Below, piece after piece: positions 34,152 to 43,246 of a stretch of DNA of 64,000 nucleotides. Made by a program: the position numbers and the translations under genes. Source of the DNA: Rebecca billardiae RCC1528. Taxonomy: Eukaryota; Protista; Haptophyta. Below the pieces are notes generated by a model. The model did not search any database. It saw only the letters and a list, made by a program, of their open reading frames with translations, and was not told the origin of the DNA. Within the stretch, counting starts at the first letter, position 1, and each line of letters starts with the position of its first letter. Location: the NCBI GenBank assembly GCA_965240325.2, contig OZ251240.1:744001-808000 (forward strand), in the 5' to 3' direction.

Positions 34152-34221
34152 CCGGCGCCGACCGGCGCGCGGCCGCGCGCAGGCATCCGGCGCCGACCGG
34201 CGCGCGGCCGCGCGCAGGCAT
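34152..34221. repeat. 35-bp tandem duplication
   Basis: CCGGCGCCGACCGGCGCGCGGCCGCGCGCAGGCAT x2. Confidence 0.9.
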
Positions 34222-34938
34222 CGACACGGGGCGGCGGGGGCGCGCGGAGTGAGCGGGGGCACGAACGCGATGTCGACGGCAGTCGGGACCCGCCGCAGCC
34301 GCGCGCTCCAGGCGCAACTCGCCGCGCGCACGTGCCCATCGCCGTCCTCACCCGTCGGTCGCGGCTCGTGCGGCTCGCCCCCTCTCGCGGAGCCAGTGAG
34401 TCTCGCCGCAGCCGCGGCAACCAAGGTTTGGCTTTGCTGGGCAGCCGGCTCCACTCGTGTCAGATAGTATTGAGATTCGCCGAGGTTGGCCCATCGGCTA
34501 GGCTGACCCTTGCCTCGTCGGCTCCTGATACAGACACGGCGCGATTGAATAGTTGATTCAACTGATTCAAGGGACGTACATGGTCACATCGGTTCGCGGC
34601 AATCTCCATCTAGATACGTCATCGCTCCTTGGACCTTGCTGCAATCTCATTGGCCGGAAAAATCGCTTGTAACGGTTCGTTACGTTAGGGATCCTAAAGG
34701 GCGTGAAGTTTTTTGGACGGGCGTCACTCCACGCTTTACTATGAACTTGCCGTGGGCGCGACCTTTTTCGGCCGTGATGCATGTTAGAGAGGGTCTCAAA
34801 ATTCGAAACTCGGTCTCCTCCAGCCATGAAAATCGTCCCCCGTCCCTTTTTTCTTGATCAAAGATCTTTTTGAAACGTTGTTCGGGCCCGCTGGTGCGGG
34901 CTCCACGCTGCGCGCTCCGCCCTGCACCGCGGGCCATA

Positions 34939-34956
34939 AATATATATATATATATA
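34939..34956. repeat. (TA)n microsatellite
   Basis: Run of alternating AT. Confidence 0.85.
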
Positions 34957-35103
34957 CATACACGCGGTGATGATTATTAATCGCAGCAAGTAGCCGTATG
35001 ATACGTTTTGTCACTCACTACTCACACTAGTTTGACCGCGCGACAACTCGGGCGGCGCAGCGACGCAGCTGCTGAGACTGAGAGCCGTCAGCGGTCAGGC
35101 CGT

Positions 35104-36582
35104 TCAGCCGGCTTCACCTGCCGCCTGTGCGCACCACGCGTTGCAATGGGGCTTGTGCACCTTCCACGAGCTGCGCAGGTGCTCCCGCGAGCAGAAGACC
35201 GCCACGTGGCACCGCTCGCACTTCTTCAGACCACTGCCTGTCCGTCCGCAGGCGATGCAGCACTGGGAGACCACCTCACGCACTCCAGCTGCCGCAGCCA
35301 GCGCACCGCGCGCTCGATCTCTGAGGCCGGGATCGAGCTCTTGGCCACGGCGCAGCAGCCTTGCGCCCTCCTCCACGTCACGCTCCACGCCCACACCTAG
35401 CAGCGTCAGCCCTCCCAGCGAGATGTGCCCATTTGCGTCCCCGCCATCAGCAGCCAGGCGGTACCAGCGCACCGCCTCGCACGTATCCTGCCGCACTCCA
35501 GCCCCGTGCACGTGGAACCAGCCCAGACTGCAGTGCGCTTCAGCATGCCCCTGCTCGGATGCCAGCCGGCACCAGCGCACTGCCTCGACCATGTCTTGCT
35601 GTACACCCTCGCCTTGCATGTAGCACAGGCCCAGATTATGCTGCGCACCTGCGTGGCCCTGCTCGGCAGCCAGCCGATACAAGCGCAGTGCCTCGCCCCA
35701 ATCCTGCTGAACACCGTCGCCTTTTTCGTAGGCTAGGGCCAGATTGAAGTGCGCGTAAGCATAGCCCTGCTCGGCCGCCAGCCGGTACAAGCGCACTGCC
35801 TCGCCCCAATCCTGCTGCACACCCTTGCCATCCTCGTAGCACGCGCCCAGATCGCACTGCGCTGGAGCGACGCCCTGCTCGGCCGCCGGCCGGTACCAGC
35901 GCGCTGCCTCGGCCCAATCCTGCTGTACGCCCTTGCCGTGCGCGTAGCACCAGCCCACTTCGAACTGCGCTTGAGCATGGCCCTGCTCGGCCGCCAGCCG
36001 GTACCAGCGCACTGCCTCGCCCCAATCCTGCGGCACACCCTTGCCTTGCGCGTAGCACGCGCCCGCCAGTTCGTACTGCGCTGGAGCGAAGCCCTGCTCG
36101 GCCGCCGGCCGGTACCAGCGCGCTGCTTCGCCCCAATCCTGCTGCACACCCTCGCCTTGCGCGTAGCACCAGCCCACTTCGAACTGCGCTTCAGCATGGC
36201 CCTGCTCGGCCGCCAGCCGGAGCCAGCGCGCTGCCTCGCCCGAATCCTGCGGCACACCCTTGCCTTGCTCGTGGCACACGCCCACTTTGTACTGGGCTGC
36301 AGCGCCGCCCTGCTCAGCCGCCAGCCGGTACCAGCGCGCAGCCGCCCTGGGGTCAACGGGCTGATCAAGCTCGCCTGTCATGTAGATGTGGCCCATCCTC
36401 ACCTGCGCATCGGCCAAGCCGCGCTCAGCGGCGAGGGTGTACAGGCGAAAGGCTTCGCGCTCGTCCTGCGCGATGCCGTCGCCATCCTCAGCCCGCCGCG
36501 CCAGAAGGAACGTCGCACGCGCGTCGCCGCGCCCCGACTTGCGCCGGAGGAGCCCGATCGCCGCACTCGTGTCAGCCGCCAT
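35104..36582 (-). CDS. Sel1-like repeat protein (11 repeats) with C-terminal MYND zinc finger; paralogue of 20423-21406
   Basis: Shares GLLRRKSGRGDARATFLLA and LKKCERCHVAVFCSREHLRSSWKVHKPHCNAWCAQAAG with the other copy; ATG 36582 aligns with the paralogue start. Confidence 0.92.
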   Translation of the reverse strand: MAADTSAAIGLLRRKSGRGDARATFLLARRAEDGDGIAQDEREAFRLYTLAAERGLADAQVRMGHIYMTGELDQPVDPRAAARWYRLAAEQGGAAAQYKVGVCHEQGKGVPQDSGEAARWLRLAAEQGHAEAQFEVGWCYAQGEGVQQDWGEAARWYRPAAEQGFAPAQYELAGACYAQGKGVPQDWGEAVRWYRLAAEQGHAQAQFEVGWCYAHGKGVQQDWAEAARWYRPAAEQGVAPAQCDLGACYEDGKGVQQDWGEAVRLYRLAAEQGYAYAHFNLALAYEKGDGVQQDWGEALRLYRLAAEQGHAGAQHNLGLCYMQGEGVQQDMVEAVRWCRLASEQGHAEAHCSLGWFHVHGAGVRQDTCEAVRWYRLAADGGDANGHISLGGLTLLGVGVERDVEEGARLLRRGQELDPGLRDRARGALAAAAGVREVVSQCCIACGRTGSGLKKCERCHVAVFCSREHLRSSWKVHKPHCNAWCAQAAGEAG

Positions 36583-36874
36583 CGGAACGACGACGGGCGG
36601 GGCTCGCGCTGTACACCTCCACCTGGTGCTCCGTGCGCGCGAACGACGGCAAGGCCCGAGTCCCGCTCCTGGCCGTGGCTCGGTCCGGGACATCGGATGG
36701 GACATTGGATCGCGGGCGCCATCCGCGCCGGCGGGTCAGGCCGCCCGCGAGCGAGCCCGCGCGACGGTGCGGGCATCGTACGACTGGGGGGGCGCAAGCG
36801 CATACGACCCTCGCCTCTGGTCGTCGCGTCGTGCGCTCATTCCGCGCCACGCTTGCCGAGCCATCTGCCCCGCG

Positions 36875-37417
36875 ATGTCCGTGCCTGTCACGCCCGCGAC
36901 TCTGTTGGCTCGGCTGCGCCCATTCCGCACCATCCTGGCCGTGTGCCACTGGGGCGGGCGCACTGGCGCCGCGGTCTCAGACCCGTACTTGCGCTCGGCG
37001 CGCCCTGTCGCTGACATCGACCATGCGGACGCGTCGGGGCTCCAATCGAACGCGCTGGGTGAGCTGCTCGCGCAGCACAACGTGGGCGCGGTCGCGGTCG
37101 CCCTGCCGCTCGCAGAAGCTGGCGCACCGAGCGAGATGGCGGGCAATCTCTCCGCGCAGCGTGAGCTCCTCGCGTCGCTCAGGCCCACGGGCCTCCTCTT
37201 GAGCGAGATCAGCGGGCGCAGGAGCGCAGCGGACGCCTGCGAGCACGCCTCCGCCGAGCCCGAGCTCTGGGAGGAGCTGGACGACTTCCTGCGCGCCGCC
37301 GACGCGCACGGACCGGCGGCGGCGGCGAGCAGCGCGCCCGCATCGGTGCACGCCGCGTGCGCGCTCAACTTCTGGCTGTGGGACTATTGCGAAGGCTGGC
37401 GAAACACCTTTGGATGA
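36875..37417 (+). CDS. Divergent YqgF/RuvX-like RNase H-fold protein
   Basis: ILAVCHWGGRTGAAVSDP and NVGAVAVALPL resemble YqgF ILGLDxGxKRIGVAVSDP and VVGLPL; the acidic catalytic residues appear to be absent. Confidence 0.6.
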   Translation: MSVPVTPATLLARLRPFRTILAVCHWGGRTGAAVSDPYLRSARPVADIDHADASGLQSNALGELLAQHNVGAVAVALPLAEAGAPSEMAGNLSAQRELLASLRPTGLLLSEISGRRSAADACEHASAEPELWEELDDFLRAADAHGPAAAASSAPASVHAACALNFWLWDYCEGWRNTFG

Positions 37418-38148
37418 TCGCGGGCAGGCGCAGGGGCAGCTGGCTGGTCATCCGAGCCGTGCGACTCGGCCAGCACGCTCCGACTCGGCTGGCAGCCTTT
37501 CTGCCGGGCTGGGCACTGGGCAGTGGCTCGCAAGGCAGCTCAGTCTAAGTGCGAGGAGCGAGGGGGGCGACACCATTGGTGGCCGCCGGTGGCCAAGACG
37601 AGCCCGTTACGGTCCGCCGCGCGATGGCGGAACCCGGACGACGTCGTCCGAGTGACGGCAGCTGTCCGACTCAGAGTCAGACTTGAGCTGCGGGCCTCGG
37701 GCTCGGCCTCGGGCTCGGGCCTGGCGGCGATAGCCTACCGCGATAGCCTCATCCATGTGCATATTAATTATAATAATTTATTCAGCGGCCCATGCGGGCA
37801 GGCCGTGCTTATCACAGCGCCTCATCATGAACAGTGTCAGTGGGATGAATAACATCCGTCAAAGCAAAAGCAGAATATGAGACCGCCGTTGATGATATGG
37901 GCCGGCCGGCGGCCGCCGGCCATGCTGGCGATCGCAACGCTGGCCGGCTAGCGGACAAGCGAAACGGCAAACGCGCCGCCCTGTCTGTGGCAACATTCGC
38001 TCTCGGACGCTGTCGCGTACGGCGCGAGTAGGACGAAGACCGCCGCTCCGCTGCGTCGCAGTGATGGGCGATGATGAATCAGTCGCGGCGCTCCCGCGCG
38101 CAGCGTCGTGCATGCTTGGTGGCAGCACTCGGGCGCCGGCGCGCACGT

Positions 38149-38757
38149 TCAGTGGCCATCGCGCGTGTCCCAGGGCTTGGCCGTGCCAGAGGCCTCGTTC
38201 GGGTCGTGGTACCCGAGGGAGATGGCGGCGACCACGACGAGCGCGGTGTCGTCCTCGTCGCCCAGCTCTGGGACCACCCGCCCGCAGCCAAACGTGAGCC
38301 CGCCGTGGACCACCTCGATGGGCAGCAGCTTGCCGTACGGGAAGACCTTTGCGACCTCGTCGAGATCGACATCTGGCGCCTCGGCAGGGACGCCGAGCTT
38401 CAGGTGGATCAGCATGTTCGGACGGCCCCCGGGCACGACGAAGACGCAGCCAGGGATCGAGTTGAACTCGATGGCGTTGCGAACCGCTCGGACCGCCGCT
38501 TTGGTGGCGCCCTTCTTGCGGTCGCCATGCTGATCGCAGCCAAAGCCCACCTGCACGAAGAGCAGCTTGTTCATCGCTGCCACCGACGAGTCGGCCTTGG
38601 ACGCGCCGAGCCCGGCGGCCTGCCACTCGGGAGACCAGGATTTGCTGGACGCTTTCGTCGCCAGCGCGCGCCACGGTGGTGCCAACCACGGCTGCCGGGG
38701 CCGAAAGCTACGGCGGAGCAAGTGTGATGCCGTCATCAGCGCGCTGCGGCCGTCCAT
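38149..38757 (-). CDS. Lin0512-family protein with transit-like N-terminus
   Basis: LFVQVGFGCDQHG...ATKAAVRAVRNAIEFNSIPG...VDLDEVAKVFPYG...VVHGGL. Confidence 0.85.
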   Translation of the reverse strand: MDGRSALMTASHLLRRSFRPRQPWLAPPWRALATKASSKSWSPEWQAAGLGASKADSSVAAMNKLLFVQVGFGCDQHGDRKKGATKAAVRAVRNAIEFNSIPGCVFVVPGGRPNMLIHLKLGVPAEAPDVDLDEVAKVFPYGKLLPIEVVHGGLTFGCGRVVPELGDEDDTALVVVAAISLGYHDPNEASGTAKPWDTRDGH

Positions 38758-38850
38758 CGCGATGCACACCGGACGAGGCCAGCCGCGCCAGGTCGGGCAG
38801 GTCGCTCGGCAGGTCCGGGTCCTCCACCGGCCGGCGTTCAAAAATCAAGC

Positions 38851-40008
38851 ATGGAGGTGCGCGATCAAGCGCGCCCAGCCAGCGCGCGGCGTGGGGCGGC
38901 CTCCGACCGCCGCTTCGCCCTGCTCAGGCGGATGCCGCGCGCGCCCGCGCCCGCGCCACCCGTGCCTCTGCCGCCGCGCAGGAAGACCGGCGCGGCGAGC
39001 TCATCGCGCGGCTGCAGGCGGAGCGCGAGCGGCGGCGGCAAGCGGCAGGCGCGCCAAACACGGATGCGCCCGCACCCGACCCGACGGCCGCGCCGTCGCT
39101 GCGCGCGGCGACGCGCGCGCCGGGCGCAGAGGCCGAGTACGCGCCTGCGGGCTCGCCGGCCGCCGCCGACCGCGCCGCGGCCCGCGAGCGCGCGCTCTCG
39201 CGCCGCGCGGACGAGCTGGTCGAGCGCCTGCTCGAGCAGCGGCGGCGCGAGCGCGAGCGCGTGGCGTCGCTCCCGGCGGCTGCGGGCTCGGACGCGCAGA
39301 GCGCCGGGGTCGGGGCGGGGGTTGTTTCGGGCGCGCCCCCGTCCGGGGGCGCGTCGGCCGCCGTCGAGGCGCGCGACAGGCTGATTGCACAGCTGCTCGC
39401 CGAGCGCTCAACGCAGCGCACCGCGCGCACGCAGCAGCGCGACGAGCGTGCCGAGTGGCGCGCCGACGGGGCGGGCGAGCCGAGCCGTGGCATCAGGCGG
39501 GCGCCGGCCTCGCCCACGTCGCGCGCCCCGCGCGGTGGCCCCGACCCGCGGGATCCCGCGCCCTCGCCGCGTGGCCCGCACGGCCAGGGCGGCGAGTGGC
39601 AGCATGCGCAATCTCGCGCGGGAGATCACGATTCATCTCGCGGGCGAGATCGGGGGTGGGCCGAGCGGGTGGCGGATGCGCAGCGTGCGGGCGCGCACCG
39701 CTCGCTGAGCCCGCCGTACGCCTCGCGCGGCGGCGCGCGCTCCGCGTACGCGCTCGCGCGCTCGCGCAGCGCGCAGCCCAGCCCAACACGGCCGCTGGCC
39801 TCGGGCCGGCCGCGGCTAGGCGAGCGCGCTGACGAGGACGACGATGGCGACCGCGGGTACGGGCGCGGCGGTGCGGAGCACGGCGCGCGGCGGCACGCGC
39901 GCTCCCTCTCGCCGCCGCGCTCTCCCCGCATGGCCTTCGCCGCGCGCGAGCTGCTCGGTGCGGACGCGCTGCGCCTGGGCGGCGGCGAGCAACACGGAGG
40001 CGGCCGCG

Positions 40009-40039
<31 letters not shown>

Positions 40040-43000
40040 CGGTGGCTCGCCGAGAGGATGGCCTGGCGGCGCGGTGGACGCCACGCAGCACGTGTACGGC
40101 GGCGCGCGCTGGAGCGACGGCGCTCGCGCGGCGCACGAGCCGCGCGAGGCCTTGCCCACAACGGCCGCGGCGCGCGCGCACTCGTCGACGGCTTACGGCC
40201 GCGGCGCCGCTGGCGCTCAGGCGAGCGTCGCGCGCGCGGCTGGCGGCGCGGAGGACACGTACGTTCGCTCGATGCTCGCCGAGCTGGTCGGGTCTGACGC
40301 GCGGCCTCGCGCGCCGCTCGGCGGCGCGCACGCCGCGTGGGCCGAGCCGGCGCCGTTCGACCCCACAGCGAGGCTCAGGCGCGGAGCCTCGCCCGCGCCC
40401 TCCCCGCCGCGCGGCGGCGCGGACGGCGGCGCGGGCGAGGCCGGCTGCAGTCGGCGCGCGGGCGGCGCGGGCGCGGGCGCGGACGGCGCTCCGGCGCACA
40501 GCGCGCGGCGTGCCACCGCGCGCAGCGCGGCGCGCTCGCCCGCGCGCGGCGCGGCGCCGGGCGCGTCAGCCAAGGGCAGCGGCGGCGACGACGGTCGTGG
40601 CAGCGGCGCGCACACGCCAGGCGGCGCGGCGCGCGGCGCGGAGCGGGGGGACTTGGGTCGGCAGCGGCGCGCGCGCAGCGCGGGCGCGTGGCACCGGCCG
40701 TCGCCGAGTAGCATCGTCGCCGACGGCAGCAGCGGCGGCGCGGACGGCGCGGATCACTCCCCGCTCGAGCGGGCGCGCGCGCTCGCCGCTCGGCACGCGC
40801 CGCGCCCCGGCGCCTTCCGACCGCCGCTGGAGCCGCCGCAGCCGCCGCCCGCGGCCGTGCGCCCGCCGCACGGCGAGGCGCCGGCCCCGGCGCGTGAGCA
40901 GGACCCGGAGTGCACGTTCACGCCGGCGATCTCGCAGCGATCTCGGAAGCTCGCGCGCCGGCGGCACGGCGCGCCGGCCGGCGACGGCGCCGCGCCGGCG
41001 CCCGCGCGATGGCACGACCGACTGTGCGCAGACCGCGCGCCCGAGCATGCGAGGCGCGAGGCGGAGCGCTTGGCGCAGCAGGAGGAGGAGGAGGCGGAGG
41101 CGCGCCGACGCGCCGCGCGCCGCGCGGGCGCGGCGGGCGCGGCGGACGCGGCCGCGCGCGCCGGCACGCGGCTGCACTCGGAGGCGATGGCGCGGCTGGC
41201 CGCTCGCGCGCGCGCACAGCGCGAGGCCGAGCTCGGCGTCGGCGCGGGCGGCTACCGCGTGGCGGGCGGCGGCGGCGTGGCCCCCGGCTGCCGAGGCGCC
41301 CCCACCATCAATCAGACGTCTGCGACCATCGTGGGCGAGCAGCACGTGCCGCTGGAGGTGCGCGCGCAGGCGGTGGTGCGCGCGCGGGAGCAGCGGGTGC
41401 ACGCGCTGCGGATGGCGCAGGCGGAGGCGGACGCTTGCACCTGCACCTTTCGGCCCAACACGGAGCAGACGCGCGCCGTGCGCGAGGCGATTGGCGGCGC
41501 GGGCGGCGGCGGCGGCGGAGGGCTGCACACTGCCGCCGAGGGCGCGGGCACGCGCGACGTGGCGGATCGGCTGCTGCTGCGCGGCTCGGCGCAGCTGGAG
41601 CGGCAGCTCGAGCGGCAGCGCGCGCGCGAGCAGGAGCTCGCGCGCTCGCACCCCTTTGCCCCCGCCATCAACCCGACCTCGGCTCGCATCCTGCAGGCCT
41701 CGACCTCGCTCGGCGGCCGGGCGTTCCTGCAGCGGCAGGGGGCGTTCGAGGCGCAGCGCCAGCGCAAGCTCGGCGAGATCGAGTCTGAGCTGCGCGCGCA
41801 GGAGCCCGACTTCCGGCCCAAGGTGCGCGGCGGCGCGAGGGCGGCGCGGGGCGGGTGGGCCCGCTCCGCGCTCGGCGGCTGCGCTGCGCGCGCGTGCGCG
41901 CGCTGCGTTGCGCGCTGCGTTGCGCGCGCGTGCGCTGTGGTCCGTGGCAGCGAGTGGCGGCTGACTCCCCCAGCCTCCGCGCGCGCCGCGCCGCGCCTCC
42001 GCGCGCGTCGGTCGTGCCGCGGTGCGTGGGTCCGCGCGCCTCCTCCCGCCGCGCCGCCGCCGCAGGTCGACCCCAACTCCGCCGCGATCGCCGCCGCGGC
42101 CGAGGCGGCCGAACTGGCGGACACGGGCGGCGTCGGCGCTCTCTCCGGCGGCACGGCGGCGGCGACCGCGGGGCAGAGCGGGGGCATGGCGCGCGAGGAG
42201 CGGCTGCTGGCGGAGGGCGAGCGGCGGCGCATGGCGCAGGAGGCGCGGCGCGAGGCGTACTACGCGCAGTACGACCACCAGCCGGCCATCGACCCGGTGA
42301 GCCGCGCGCTCGCCGCGCAGGCGAGCGCGGGCGGCGCGGGCGGCGCAGAGGACAGCGCAGGCGCTCTGTATCGGAACGCGCGCGGCGCGGCCGCGCGCGC
42401 GGAGGTGGTGGAGGCGGCGGAGGAGGAGTTCCGCACGCGGCACCCGTTCCGCCCGCTCGTGAGCAACCGGCAGTCCGCGGCCATCCTCCGCGAGGCCGGC
42501 CACGCCGAGCGCTTCACCGCAGAGGCGGCCCTCTCGGGTGTCACGCGCGAGGCGGTCGAGGCGGCGCGGCGGCGGCGCGAGGAGCGCCTCGAGCAGAGCC
42601 GGCGCGAGCGCGAGGCGAAGGAGCTGGAGGGGTGCACGTTCCAGCCGGAGCGCGAGCCGTCCACGCGCGCGTGGCGCAGGGAGCTCATGGAGGCGCCCGT
42701 CGTCGTCGCGGGCATGGATCGGTGCGGCGCGCGCGGCGCGCGGCGCGCGCTCGCGCGCTCCGCGCCGCAGCATGCGCTCACGCGCGCGGCGAGCGCGCCC
42801 GGCGCCCCTCTGCTCTCGCGCGCCGCCGCGCACGCGCAGACATCTCGAGCTGCGGGACGCGCAGCGCCGGCTCGAGGACGAGCGCGCGCAGCGCGAGCGC
42901 GAGGTGTTCTTTGGCGACATGGCGGAGCGGCTCGCGGCGCACGGCAAGGTCGGGCAGCAGCCCTTCACGGTGCCGCAGCCGTTCGAGCTGGCGACGGCGA

Positions 43001-43119
43001 AGGCGAAGGAGGACTGGCGGCTGGAGCGCGTGCACGAGGAGATACGCATGCGCGAGGAGCTCGAGTGCACGTTCCAGCCCAACGTCGCGCGCCGCCAGGT
43101 GGACGTGAGCGCGCGGTAG
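38851..43119 (+). CDS. Large hypothetical protein with ECTFxP/HPFxP repeats; exons 38851-38856, 38928-41822, 42066-42721, 42840-43119
   Basis: Repeats ECTFTPAI, TCTFRPN, HPFAPAI, PDFRPKV, YDHQPAI, HPFRPLV, GCTFQPE, ECTFQPN and FTVPQPFEL; three GT-AG introns splice in frame. Confidence 0.75.
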
Positions 43120-43246
43120 CAATGGCCCATCAGGCGGGTACATTCTGGTTTCTCCTCTTACAAGTGGGGGTAGTCGTAGTATGGGAACGATTCAAACCCG
43201 TCGCGAGGCGGCAAGCTCGCCGGCCGTGTCGCGGGCGCTGCTCGAC

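Noticed and set aside
35340-36530. Regular 108-bp repeats as a CRISPR array
   Set aside because: They are in-frame Sel1 coding units in a eukaryotic gene, with no spacer/repeat structure and no cas genes.
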